From the human T2T-CHM13v2.0 reference genome, Homo sapiens, in assembly GCF_009914755.1 (NCBI RefSeq), contig NC_060926.1: a stretch of DNA of 64,000 nt, one strand, 5' to 3'. Below the pieces are notes generated by a model. That model made no database searches. It saw only the letters and a list, made by a program, of their open reading frames with translations, and was not told where the DNA came from. Shown here piece by piece: positions 17,561-33,566 of the stretch; the first letter of the stretch is position 1, and the number at the start of each line of letters is the position of its first letter. The position numbers were made by a program, and so were the translations under genes.

Positions 17561-18029
17561 TTATACTTTAAAATAACAAAAAATACTACTTCATATTTTA
17601 AAGACTATCTTCCAAGAAGATGTTGAGATATAAATGTAGTAGAAGCCTCTATATGACGTGATCAGTGTGAGATTACTGTCGAAGCACTAGGGCGAAAAGG
17701 CAATTTAAAGGAAACTTGGACTTAAGACCTGAGACATTTGAAAGAATCCTGGAACTTTCCTGGGGGAAAGTGGGAATTCCTATTTTAAGAAATCTGAGCA
17801 AACTGTTATAGGCCAAGCTGCCAAATGTCTGTAGAGGGTTGGCAGGTGTTGTAGAAACTGCAGATCCTCTGGTTTTTAAAATTTTGTTTATATACTTGAA
17901 TAATAGGAAGTCAGTTTGTTTGGATAATATCTGGAAATGAGACTTGTTTTTCTTTTTAAGTTATAACAGAAATACTTTGCATAGCTTTAGTCAAACACTA
18001 GTAATTGACTCCTCAGAAAACCCCCTCCC

Positions 18030-18435
18030 ATCCCCCCAGCTGGTGTCCCATTAAACGAGTTGGATACTTGCTTTCTCTGTCTTCCTCTCAGCCAAGAATG
18101 CCCATGTGACCTAGTTTTGGCCAATGAGATATAAGGGAGTCTGCTTAGGGGCTTCTAGATGTTTCCTCCTGCCTGATGGGAGGTTAGTGCACAAGGAGAA
18201 AGATTCTGCATCCTGCTTTTGAACAGTGTGATGATATCATTTTGGAGCTGTCTGTGGTCATCTTAGCAAACCATGAGGGCAATTCCAAAGGAGTTATGAA
18301 GACAACAGTCCAAAACCCTGGCATCGATATATCCCAAAGAAACACCAGTAACTAACTTAGGTGTCCCTGTTATGCAAGAGCAATATAGCCAAGATCAATC
18401 TGGTTTTCTGATGTTTGCAACCAAAAGCATCCCTA
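18030..18435. mobile_element. LTR16-like ERVL LTR
   Basis: ccatgtgacctagttttggccaatgagatataagggagtctgc...gggcttct. Confidence 0.55.
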
Positions 18436-19689
18436 CTCTCACCATTGGTCCGAATATGCCATTGGGTTATTTTTACAAATGATATCGTGGTCTCAGTGAT
18501 TAGGCAGTATTGAGTGAAGGGAGGTAAAATGATTTACTCACATCAATGTGATCATTCCATTCAATTCATACTTTTGTAAGACAGTTTATAATGGAGCCCC
18601 TGAAGAGGTGTGCCTTGACACACAGATGTTGCAAGTGCGATGAATTTTTGACCCCTCAATCCTGGGGGTTAGCAAGAGAGGACTGGAGTAGCAGGAGTCT
18701 CTAGGGCTACCAGAGTCCCAGAGCAGTGAAAACTCCCTCTGGGCCTCTTTACCTGTTTACCCAAATCACTGTGCAAATCTAATCCTTTCCTCACAGTGCT
18801 GTCAAGTCAAATATGCCAGGAAGCCATACTCTGGGATTTACTTATGGCATTTATGTGCATTCTCTCTCTCTTGGTTTTCACAGAAGCATTCTGAAGTTAT
18901 TATTAATCTCATCTTCCAAATGCAGAAATTGAGATTTAAATCTCAGCGCCCCAATCCGTACAGCCATTTGGTAGCAGAGTCAGAATTTGGAACTAGGGCT
19001 CCAGACTCACTCTCCTGCTGCAGAGAATAAGCATCCTTATTATTCCCAGCTCCCCATTCTCATTATACACTTTCCTCTGAGCGTACCTGACAATGGTCGA
19101 CTTTCATTGCTGAGAGGGGGTGGCGGGAGGAGGAAGCGAATGGGGTGATGTGATGTAAGCCAGGAGAACGAGGGTGGCTCAGCCAACTCAAATCTCTTTG
19201 TTCATGGTTTGTGAAGATGTGACAAGACCAGAGAAGCCAGAACAGAAGATAGAGGCCACATTGTTCTGCTGGCCTGGGGCCGAATGTACTTCCTCACCAT
19301 GTGTTTCTTTAGCCTCCTGAACTTTGCTCGATGGCATTGTACTGGCCACTGTGCCAGCTGCTCAGGGTGGGAAAAAGAAGGAAGAGTTTGCGTGGGAGCA
19401 AGCTGGGCTATGTCCCAGCATATGTGGCATTTCTGCTTGTTTCTTTAACTTCCAGAGCTGTTTGTCTGAGACTTTCAGCCCTGGGGCTACTACTGGTCAG
19501 AATGTTTTATTTCCACTTGTGAACCAGGATGGTGGGGATCTGGAAGAGAACTAGAGGCATCTGGGGACCAGAGGGTTAGTCCAGCCTTCTCCAGGATGAA
19601 TCCATTTCCCCAAATCACAAAACCAGTTAGTGACAGAGGCAAGAAAGGGACGAAATTCTCCCCCAAGTTAGTAGAGCTGGCTCAGGGAG

Positions 19690-19897
19690 AGTCCAGTTTG
19701 GAAGCCGCTTCCTGGATGTGTGACCCTGGCCAAGAAACTTCTCTCCAAGCTGGAGGTTCTCCATCTGTAAAGTAGGGATTATAAAAGTGCCTTTTCTGTA
19801 GGAATGAAAGAAGTAGTTGAGGTTATTCATGTAAATAGCAAACTCTACTGCCTGAGCACACAGGATGTGCTGAAATGTTTGGTTTCTATTATTACTG
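19690..19897 (+). mobile_element. MIR
   Basis: tgtgtgaccctggccaag...ttctccatctgtaaagtagggattataa...catgtaaatagc. Confidence 0.75.
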
Positions 19898-20004
19898 ATT
19901 CCTAGACAGCTTCTCTCTGTTCAGTTTTGCAGCTCTTTAGTGTGCTAATAGCTAACTGTGAGGATCACAACAGAAAGTGTTCCATTCATCAAAACACACT
20001 TAGA

Positions 20005-20520
<516 letters not shown>

Positions 20521-21489
20521 ACCAAAATCAAAACCAAAAAAACCCCCTCACTTTACTGTATGTAAGTTATAACTTAATAAAATTGAATTTGGTTTTATGT
20601 TGAAGTATTTATTCTATCACAAACCATCAAGCCTCATTAAAAACATGTAACGCTGTCATTTCAGCAGATCCTTACACAATTATAGCTGCAACTGAAACCA
20701 TGACAGCAAAAGGTATCAGTTTAGAGGGAACTGAATTTTTTAAAGTGTTTTAACATTAGTCTAAGTGTAGGTGTAATGGATGTCAACTTGAGTGCAGTTA
20801 TAGATATTTGCCCAGAGTATTGCTTAAGTCTTCTAAAAATCTCAGTATCCAATTTAAAAAATGTGCCTTGTGGTTAAACAATGATTGTTTGGGGGGCTTT
20901 AAGGAAATTGCTTATTTTTCCCTTGCAGCTTATATGCTTTTCCTTGCCCAAAGATTTGAACAGTTTTTAATGAACTCCAGACTTTATTTCTCTAAAGCTT
21001 TGTAAAGTCAGAATACATTTTCCTGCTTTCCCCTTCACCCAAGCAGAGGTGACCTGGCTCCTCGGGAACCTAGTGTCAATGGTGGCTCTCTCATGGTGGC
21101 ATCAAGATCTACCCTACATTATAATGATGTGTGAACATGTCTTATTTTCTCTTCTGGATTTTTAGCTTTTTGAAGTCAGGGGCTGTATCTAAATGATGTT
21201 CCCACTCCTAATGCTTCTGAATATCATGCTGAATGCAAGAAAAAAATCAGCCAATCATTACTGCTAACTGATAAAATAGAATTAAGAAGTGATGTATTGT
21301 TTCATAAAGAACCTGAATAAATAGGGGGAAAAATGAACAAAATACTGTTTCATTATTATTAATGGGTAGAAGCAGAAATTAGAAGTAATATGCTGTTTCA
21401 GAGGGGATGCTAGGTCCTTGGTTTAGTAAATAGACAATCTTCCATTAACATGACAATTATTTCCAAATTAATGCTTCTGACTGAACCTG

Positions 21490-21660
21490 GAATTAGGGCA
21501 CCTGAACTGTAATCCCAGCTCTGTGATTAGCAAACTGTGGAAACTTGGCCACATCCCTTGGGCTTCTGAATATCAGTTTCCTCCTCTGCACAGTGAAGGG
21601 ATTGAAGTCGTTATTACATCATCACCCAAGGTCCTTCCAGTTTTAGCATCTGCCAAGTGC
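21490..21660 (+). mobile_element. MIR/MIR3 fragment
   Basis: cctgaactgtaatcccagctctg...tcagtttcctcctctgcacagtg. Confidence 0.65.
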
Positions 21661-22069
21661 CTCCTCTTGGTGTCATCTCAGTTCCTTGGACACAGGAGAC
21701 CCTCAGGAAATGCCTGTGAGTTGACTGAGGGAGTTAGTTAAGCGGTTGGACTTTAACATTGTTTATTTTGCCAAATCTTTTTTATGGATAAATATAAAAC
21801 TAAATCTCAGCCCAGCCCCTCTTTACATTAGCATAAATTCCAAATTGGCAGTTTTCAAATTACTCACATTTTATATTAGCTATTTTTAATTTGGAGATGT
21901 CACTTTTACATCTTTCATGTCTGATCCATGAGTTACAGGGGTTTTTTTTCTAGATAAAAGGGATATTTAGAGATTGTCTCATCCAAGATTCTAAATCTAA
22001 GGTCTCTAAATCTATAGGCTTTAAGTACCCATGAACTCCCCCAAATGTAGCCCTCAGAATCTTGTCATT

Positions 22070-22296
22070 CATTATTGGTTTTCTCAACCTTCTTTTTATT
22101 AGTAGCACTTGTCACCACCTGAAATTCTCATGTATTCACTTTTGTCATCAAGTCTGTGCCAGAGCTCCGCACCGTGACTATGAGTTCCAGGAGGGTAACA
22201 CTTCATTCTGTCCTATTCACCGCTGCATCCCACGGTTCACAGAACAGGACCTGACGTTCAGTAGATGCTCAATAAACATTTGCTGACTGAATGAAT
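22070..22296 (+). mobile_element. L2 3' end
   Basis: gactatgagttccaggagggt...tagatgctcaataaacatttgctgactgaatgaatg. Confidence 0.7.
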
Positions 22297-22603
22297 GTGT
22301 AAGCCAAGGAAGTCCCAGTTCAATATCACATTCCACAAACTCACACATCCAATTCCACAATCCTTTTTAAACTATGTAATTTCTGGAGTTTCTAGAATAA
22401 GTAACGAAAGGAGGTGGGAATATATTCCAAATATACATCAAGCTTCCTAAAAATCCTCTTTACCCACCCATCTCTCCCACATTTCACACATCAAGGCAGA
22501 GATATCTTGAGCTGCCTTTTCTCATTCTTCCCAAAACTCTTTATGCTGGGACCTTGTCATCTTCATTTCCTCTCTCCTCTGTGCCCCCAAATCTATTCTT
22601 TTT

Positions 22604-23580
22604 GTTGAGATATAATTTATGTACCTTAAAATTTAACTTTTCAAAGGCTACAAATCAGTGATTTTTAGTATAGTCACAAGACTGTGCAACCATCACCAAT
22701 TCCAGAACGTTTTCATCACCCCATAAAGAAACCTGTGCCCATTAGCAGTGCATCCCCATTGTTCCATCCTTCCAGCCTCAGGCAACCACTAATCTACTGT
22801 CTGTCTCTATAGATTTCCCTGTTCTTGGCATTTTACATAAATGAAATAATACAACCTTTTATGCTTGGCTTCTTTCCTTTAGCATCATGTTTTCAAGGTT
22901 CATCCATGTTGCAGCATGATATGAGTCCCTCATTCCTTTTTATGACTGAATAAGATTCCATTGTGTAAATGTACCACATTTTGTTTACCCATTCCTCGGC
23001 TGATGGGCATCTGAGCTGCTTCCACTTTTTGGTAATTATGAATAACATTGCTATGAATATTCATGTACAAATTTTTCTGTGAATATTTCTTTTCAGTTCT
23101 CTTTGGTACATAGCTAGGAGTGGAATTGCTAGGTCATGTTTAGCTTTTTCAGGAACTGACAAATTATTTTCCAGGGTAGCTGAATCACTTTTACATTCCC
23201 ACTAGCAATGTGTGAGGGTTCTAATTCTCTACATTCTTACCAACACTTGTTATTGTCTATCTTTTTTATACTAGCCATCCTAGTTGATGTAAAGTGGTAT
23301 CTCATTGTGGGTTTTGATTTGCATTTCCCTAACGGCAAATCAGACTAATGAGACTGAATATCTTTTCATGAGCTTTTTGGCTACCTTCACTGGGGATATG
23401 TCTTTTCAAATTCTTTGCCTATTTTTAAATTTAGTTATTTGTCTTTTAATTGTTGAGTTAGTAAGAGCTCTTCACATAGTCTGGACACAAGTCCGTTGTC
23501 AGATAAATGACGTGTGAATATTTTCTCTCTTTCCATGGGTTGTTTTTCACTTTTGTAATTTTGATGAAGTCCATTTTATC
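22604..23580 (-). mobile_element. L1MB-like 3' end
   Basis: ttgagatataattt...gtgcaaccatcacc...caggcaaccactaatctac...caaggttcatccatgttgcagc. Confidence 0.9.
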
Positions 23581-23810
23581 TACCCCAGATCTATTCTTAC
23601 CTTCTACATCAGCGCCCTGACCTTTCTTAGGTAAATCAATCCAGCCTCTCTTGTTACGTCCAGTTCTCCTCTCTACAAGTTCCTGATCTGTTTAACAAAG
23701 ATCCTGAGGAAAGTAGAGCAAATACAGTATCTTCTTCAGAATGTGAAAAGATGAGTAATGTTTGTCACCTATATTTTCATAGTTTTGTCCCTTTCAGATA
23801 TACAAAAAAT

Positions 23811-24483
23811 ACCGCCCAATGGGTTCACCTTACCCACTGCCTACACAGAGCCGATTTCTCAAGACGGGAATCACAATAGAGAAAGGATAATTAATGCAGA
23901 GCCGGCTGAGCAGGAGACTGGAGTTTTATTATTACTCAAATCAATCTCCCCCAACATTTGGGGATCAAAGTTTTTAAAGACAATTTGGTGGGAGGGGAGG
24001 GGCAGTGAGTTGGGGAGTGCTGATTGGTTGGGTCAAAGGTGAAATCATGGGGCGTCCCTGTCTTCTTGTGCTGAGTCATTTCCTGGGTGGGGGGGTCACA
24101 AGGTCAGATGGGTTGGTTTCTTGATCTGGGTGGTGCTGGTTGATACATCAAGGGTAGAGTCTGCAAAACATCCCTAAACTGATCTTAGGAGCAGTTTAGG
24201 GAGGGTCAGAATCTTGTAGTGCCCAGCTATGTGACTAGTAAACCATAATTTCTAATCTTGTGGCGAATGTTAGTAGTTTAGTCCCCAGGCAAGAAGGAAG
24301 TTTGTTACGGGAAAGGGCTATTATCCTCTCTTTGTTTTAAACTATAAACTAAGTTCCTCCCAAAATTAGTTCAGCTTATGTCCAGGAATGAACAAGGACA
24401 GCTTGGAGGTTAGAGGCAAGATGGAGTCGTTTAAATTGGACCTCTTTCACTGTCTCAGTCACAATTTTGCAAAGGTGGTTTCA
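23811..24483 (-). mobile_element. LTR8-like ERV1 solo LTR
   Basis: Reverse complement starts tgaaaccacctttgcaaaattgtgactgagacagtgaaagag and ends gaacccattgggcggt. Confidence 0.85.
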
Positions 24484-24690
24484 ATATTTAGGCACAATAT
24501 GCATTTTTCTGAGCGGATGAGTCTATAGATTTATTTCATCAGATTTTCAAAGCTGTCCTTGATGCCAACAATATTAAGAAATGTGCATGTAGACTCATTC
24601 TCTTGTGTTTCAGGAAAATGAGACCTAGAGCAGTTGAGTGATTTGGCCAAGGCCACCCAGCTTAGTAGTGACAGTTCTGCAGATACTCAG

Positions 24691-25446
24691 TATCTTGGTC
24701 TGTTTTTGTGTTGCTGTAAAGGAATATCTGAGGCTGGGTAATTTATAAAGAAAAGAGGTTGGCCTGGCACAGTGGCTTACACCTGTAATCCTAGCACTTT
24801 GGGAGGCCGAGACAGGTGGATCACTTGAAGCCAGGAGTTCAAGACCAGTCTGGCCAACATGGTGAAACTCCATCTCCACTAAAAATACAAAAATTAGCCA
24901 GGCATGGTGGCACATGCCTGTAATCCCAGCTACTTGAGTGGCTGAGGCATGAGAATCACTTGAACCCCAGGAGGCAGAGGTTGCAGTGAGCCAAGATTGT
25001 GCCACTGCACTCCAGCCTGGGTGACAGAGCAAGATCTGTCTCAAAAAACAATAAGAAAAAAAAAAGAAAGAAAAGAGGTTTATTTGGCTGATGGTTCTGC
25101 AGGCTGTATAAGAAGCATGGTGCCAGCATCTACTTCTGGTGAGGATTTTACGGAGCTTCCCCACTCATAGCGGAAGGTGAAGGGGAGCTGGTGTGTGTGG
25201 AAACCACATGGCCAGAGAGGAAGCAAGAGATGGGGCAGGCACCAGGCTCATTTTAACAACCAGCTCTGGTGAGAACGAATAGAGTGAGAACTCACTCACT
25301 GCCCCGCCCACACACAGGGAGGGCAATCATCTATTCATGAGGGATCTGCCCCATGACCCAAACACCTCCCATTAGACCCCACCTCCAACACTGGGAATCA
25401 AATTTCAACATGAGATTTGGAGAGATCAAACATCCAAACTATTGCA
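24691..25446 (-). mobile_element. MST (B-like) MaLR solo LTR interrupted by an Alu
   Basis: MST motifs; perfect 5-bp TSD ctcag (24686-24690 / 25447-25451). Confidence 0.85.
24761..25066 (+). mobile_element. AluS inside the MST LTR
   Basis: TSD aaagaaaagaggtt. Confidence 0.95.
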
Positions 25447-25690
25447 CTCAGGTTTCCTTATCTTCCTCCCTGACTCACCATCACACCATCCCACTGTACC
25501 ATGATGCCTACAGAATTTCACATTGCAGGTAAATTTCTCCAGGAGCAGCACATGAATCCAGTACCAATATTTTATCAAATATTTATTTTTCAGAGACTAA
25601 GGCCAGGCAGTATTGACTCGGAAGGCTGTGTGGGAGCTGGAGAACCAGGTGAGTCTTGGTAGGAAGCAGAAGCATCGGTCCTGAGGCTCC

Positions 25691-26098
<408 letters not shown>

Positions 26099-26368
26099 TT
26101 AAAAAGTCACAAAAAGAAGAGTGGGGGAGGGGATGGTGAAGATAAGGTACATCACCACCTGGTCTGGGCTTGGATGGAAACAAACTGCAGATTTAAATCA
26201 AAGGCGGTGCATATGGTGAGAAATGGATGCGGAATCATGAAAATTAACACTTACTTAGCAAAGTGGGAAACAAGAAAGATGGTACAACTGACAACCTTAA
26301 GTGATCCCTTCTCCCATTGTAGACAATTGAAGAATTTTCTTTAGGCACTACAGTCAAAGACTATCTTA

Positions 26369-26737
<369 letters not shown>

Positions 26738-26819
26738 GCAGTCAGCAAATAAATTTCTAAATGCTTACTTGGGCTTCAAGGTTAATACTTTGGCTAAAAA
26801 GTCTGTCTAGTGTAGTAAT

Positions 26820-26975
26820 ATGGTACCAGTGTTTACTTCCTGGTACTGGTAATTGTACTATTTATGTACAATGTTGACATAAGGGAAACTGGGTAAAGGA
26901 TATGTGGGAATTCTGAACTTTTTATTACAACTTTCCTGTAAGTCTAAAATTATATCAAAATAAAAAGTTAAAAAT
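26820..26975 (+). mobile_element. L1MC/ME 3' end
   Basis: gggaaactgggtaaagga...caactttcctgtaagtctaaaattatatcaaaataaaaagtt. Confidence 0.75.
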
Positions 26976-27110
26976 TAAAGAGAAAAAACTTTGGCTGAAT
27001 TTTTTTATTTTTTGCATTTCCAGAAATTTATGTTGTAGGAATATTTTCTTTATGAAATCATAATGCAAAATAGTAACCAATAAACAATCAAACATAACAA
27101 GCCTTATTGA

Positions 27111-27563
<453 letters not shown>

Positions 27564-27699
27564 ATATATCAACTTTTATACACGTGGCTGCGAACTCATA
27601 AACAATTTTATTCTATTTTGAAGTTAATTTTAAGGAAACAAAAGATATTACAATAAGGCATCATCTTTGCTAACCCCACTCCTACAACAGAATATTTCA

Positions 27700-28000
27700 T
27701 TATTATTTAGTTAGTTAGTTGAGGTGGAGTCTTACTCCGTCGCCCAGGCTGGAGTGCGATGGCGCGATATTTACTCACTGCAACCTCCGCCCCAGGGTTC
27801 AAGCGATTCTCCTGCCTCAGTCTGCCGAGTAGCTGGGATTACAGGTACTGGCCACCATGCCCGGCTAATTTTTGTGTTTTTAGTGGAGATGGCATTTCAC
27901 CATGTTATCCAGGCTGGTATCGAACTCCTAACCTCAAGTGATCCACTCCCCTTGACCTCCCAAAGTGCTGGGATTACAGGTGTGAGCCACTGCGCCCAGC
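27700..28000 (-). mobile_element. AluS
   Basis: Antisense Alu with (TTAG)n tail. Confidence 0.92.
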
Positions 28001-28002
28001 CT

Positions 28003-28392
28003 ATTATTATTATTATTGAAACAGGGTCTCAGTCTATCAGACAGACTGGAGTGCAGTAGTGCAATCAAGTCACTGTAACCTCAAACTCCTGGGCTCAGCC
28101 AGGGGCAGTAGCTCATGCCTATAATCACAGCACTTTGGGAAACCAAGGCAGGAGGTTACTTGAGCCCAAGAGTTTGAGACTAGCCTGGGCAACATAGTGA
28201 GATCCTGTCTCTACAAATAATGAAAAAATTAGCTGGGCATAGTGGCACAATCCTGTGGTCCCAGCTACTCTGGAGGCTGAGGCAGGAGGATTGCTTGAGC
28301 CCAGGAGGTGGATGCTGCAGTGAGTCATGATCATGTCACTGCACTCCAACCTGTGCAACAGAGAACCTGTCTCAAAAAAAAAAAAAAAAAAG
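28003..28392. mobile_element. Antisense AluJ 3' fragment (28003-28096) joined directly to a sense AluJ (28097-28392)
   Basis: Junction ...ctcctgggctc|agccaggggcagtagctca... Confidence 0.85.
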
Positions 28393-29119
28393 CGACCAAC
28401 TCCATGTCCTCCCTTCCACTTTCTCCCTCCACCTTTCGTTCTGAAGCTTCTAACGTTCAGTGATTTAAAATTTCACTTTTTGTGCCTAATGTAGTCACAT
28501 GTCAATATTGCAGCAATTCCTAGTATGCCTCTTGGTAGAAGAGAGGAAAAGCAATTCCTCTGCCCTGGGGAATGCCCTCAGAGCAGCTGATGCCATCCTG
28601 CAGCAGAGTCCATTGGCATCAAGACACACACAATCAGGGCGGCTGAGCTGGTGGTGGGCTATTCACAGAGGCTAAGAAGTTATAACACAGGAAATAAGTC
28701 AAGATCCTTCTTTGCCATTTAGACTCTGAAAGCAGTGATTGGGGGCATTCTCCCGGCTTCCAACCAAACACACCACTTCCTTTTCTTCGCTCCAGCCTCA
28801 GACTTCCTTTCTCTCTTGCTCTCGTACACACACCACGCGGCATCACAGGAAGGGCATGAGACAAGACCTTATCTGACAATTGTATCAACAAAGCCTTTGG
28901 GAAAATAAAAATGAGGACTACTAAGTAGAGTCCATATATAGTCCATAGATATATGTAATATATATATGGAGTTACCCATCATCCTGTTTAGCAACCTTTA
29001 TGCTAATTATACATTAAGTCCAGAAAAATATGCTCTCCTATCTTGGACCACCTTCTAGTGTTGACAACAATGCCAGCTGCAAGCTTGGGGTCAGGTCAGC
29101 AGATCAGCAGAAGACCAGG

Positions 29120-29880
<761 letters not shown>

Positions 29881-29969
29881 TCTGTGTTCTCCTTTCCCTA
29901 AACTCTGTCATGCAGGACTATGGGGTAGGAGGAAGAAAGAAAAGATAGTAGAACAGCAAAGTCTCCAGG

Positions 29970-30510
<541 letters not shown>

Positions 30511-31767
30511 CCTCCAGGAGCAAGCATTTACTTCCTGGAGCAAGTAGATAAGATGGATTTGCTTATTATTTAACATCAGGACAATATTTCCTATCCCAGT
30601 ATTGTTTAACACAGACACAGGAAATTATATGGGTTTCCATCCTCATAGGTAAGGAGCGGGGAATCTGATCTTGACTTGAAAAGCACATATTCATTGGCTG
30701 AGAGCCACAAGATAAGGAGGGATGGTAGGACCATCAGGAATAAAGCTGGGATGAGAATTCAGATGGGAATTACAGTCCTTCAGGCCAGTTCACTGAACCT
30801 ACACCAAGCTGAATTCCTTCGCCCTTCATTTGAATTTGAAATTGTAGATACTTTTTAAAAGCTATATTATATGAACTGTATATCCAGATGGGGTTTTCCC
30901 AATGTTTTCAGTGTTGTCAGCCATTGAGGTAGCAGAATTCACCTCCTCTTAGTACCACCATCCATACACCCATGCAGTGGACCGCCCCCCCCCCACACAC
31001 ACACACACAAACACACAGACACAAGTGCACACATACGGCTTCTATTTCCTCCCACATCCCCTTTAACACAACTCTACTTAGTCTAAAATTGACAAAGAGC
31101 CATAAGAAAAACTAGGCCAGCTTCACAAAACACTGCATTGTTTTTGAGAAACAGGGAAAAATAGCACGTTTGTTAGCTTTAATCTGATATGTATTTGCAT
31201 GTGCTGCCGTTTCAATTCTTACAATACTTTTGAGGTATTAAACTTCCTACATTTCTAAATGATAAAATCAGAATTTCATATCAGTTTCATTACAAAGGTC
31301 CACTGATGTGCTAGATTTTTGTCTGACAAATACAACTTCAAAGTTTACCACAATCACTTGAAACAACCAGTTAACGATAATGTTTTACACCAGAATTCCT
31401 TTTGAGAAAGCTCATTATTTACTGGAAAGAAATATTTTGCTAAGTTACTTGAGCTGGGAGGGTGAGATCTCAAGGACATGATTAAGTAATAATAAGAAGA
31501 ATAGTAGAGAACACATGGAGCCTGAATCCTGTTAAACAGGAGCTCACTTGTTCCACTGCTCTGTGAGTTGATTTTGTGTGTGCCCGTTTGGGAGTGATAG
31601 CAACGAAAGCAGATTGTCCCTGCATAACACAGAGAGGAGACCTGGCTAGCCTGGCACTGCTGAAGAAAGGAGAGAGATAAACAATTCTCGGTCATGGTAC
31701 ATCTGAAAGCAGATTGAATTGCAATATCTAGTATTTGGCTATAGGGTATGATTGTAAACCCCTGGGT

Positions 31768-31979
31768 CAGGGTCTTTCATCTCTGGCACTGTTGACATTT
31801 TGGGCCACGTAACTCTTGATGGTGGGGCTGTCTTGGGCACTTTAGGATGTATAGCAGCATCCCTGGCCACTAACCACTAGATACCAGTGGCATCTTCCTG
31901 CTACCCACAGATATGATAACCAAAAATGTCTCCAGACATTGCCAAATGTGCCAAAATCATCCCTGGTAGAGAACCACTG
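31768..31979. mobile_element. MER20 hAT element
   Basis: ggcactgttgacattttgggcc...gcagcatccctggcc...aaaatgtctccagacattgccaaatg...gagaaccactg. Confidence 0.85.
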
Positions 31980-32451
31980 GTAAAGTCCAATTTGCTTTTT
32001 TTTTTAAAAAAAGAAGTCAACAGTCAGCAGCCAAGATGAATGCTTTTATAATAGGAAACAGGACGTAACTATAGGCTTATTGTACTGGGACACTTTTGTA
32101 CTAATGTTGTAGACATGTGTCATCCCCATACACATTCAAGTTTCAAATAAATGTCTGATACATATTGCAAAGACGAGAGGAACCAAGAGTTTGATCTTCT
32201 GCAAATTCCTAGTTCCCCTATGCCATCAACCTTGAACTTGCCTTTATTATAGCACTTTACCTTATACCTTCACTCCTGCATATATGTGTCTGTTTCCTTT
32301 GTAGCCTGCAGCACTTTTATCTCCACTGCCCAATACAATTTTAAAATTATTCTAAGCCGAAGTCACGAAGTGGCAGCCCACAGACCTGAAGCTATGTTTT
32401 ATTTAGGCCTATTAAACCTCGAGAATGTTCATATTAAAACACAGATTTACC

Positions 32452-32579
32452 AGCCAGGCGCAGTGGCTCAGACCTGTAATCCCAGCACTTTGGGAGGCCG
32501 AGGCGGGCGGATCACGAGGTCAGGAGTTTGAGACCAGCCTGGCCAACATGCTAAAACCCTGCCTCTGCTAAAAATATAA
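32452..32579 (+). mobile_element. AluS left arm only
   Basis: Ends at the middle A-tract. Confidence 0.9.
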
Positions 32580-32998
32580 ACTAACTATTCCATTAGTTCT
32601 GTGCCTTTGGAGAACCCTAAGATAGGAATCCAGGCACTGGAAATCATACCCAGATTGACTTTTTCACAGCCACCAAAGTAAAAAAGATCCTGCAGATCCT
32701 GCAACCTCTAAGTCTGGTAAAACAACAGCAACACAAGCTGACCTCCAAGCCTTTATTGACTTGCTAATTGCGATTCTTACTTTAAGCTTTGCCTCTATGT
32801 CCATCTCTTTTGAAGCTGTTGTATTTCCTGGAAACCGCCCCCAGCCGCCCTTTTTTTCAACTCAGTCTCATTATGACTAAATACAAGAAAAAAAATCAGT
32901 TTCACACAATAACATGGTGGTCATTGCAGCATTCTATGTTTATAATTGGGCTTTCTACCTGAGCCAAACTGCTTTTCCCACCCTCTTTTAAATAGGCT

Positions 32999-33298
32999 TT
33001 ATTTTATTTTATTTTGAGACGAGGTCTCGTTCTGTCTCCCAGGCTGGAGTGCAGTGGCTTGATCACAACTCACTGATGCCTTAAATTCCTGAGCTCAAGT
33101 GATCCTCTCACTTCAGCCTCCCAAGTAGCTGAGACTATAGGCATGAGCCACTATAGCTGGCTAATTTTTAAATTTGTTGCAGAGACAAGGGCTCACCATG
33201 TTGCCCAGGCTGGTCTGGAACTCCTGGGCTCAAATGATCCTGCTGCCTCAGCCTTCCCAAAGTACTGGGATTACAGGTGTGAGCCACCATGCCTGACT
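32999..33298 (-). mobile_element. AluJ
   Basis: Diverged antisense Alu. Confidence 0.92.
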
Positions 33299-33566
33299 GC
33301 TTTATGTTCTTACATTTGTTTTAGGCCCACAGAAAAACTGAGCAGAAAGTAGAGTGTCCCCATATATCTCCTGTCCCCTACATGCTCAGCCTCCCCCACT
33401 ATCAACACCAAACTCTTAAAATTAGATATTTCTTGTCTTTTTGAAACTCTTAAGCATTCTAGAATATCATATATTTTAGCAAGGGCAGTGTGGTGATTTC
33501 CTAACACTGCCAACTCTGTCTTTGATCATTCTGTTTCTTTCCGTTCTCAGCCCTTACCCTTCTTTG

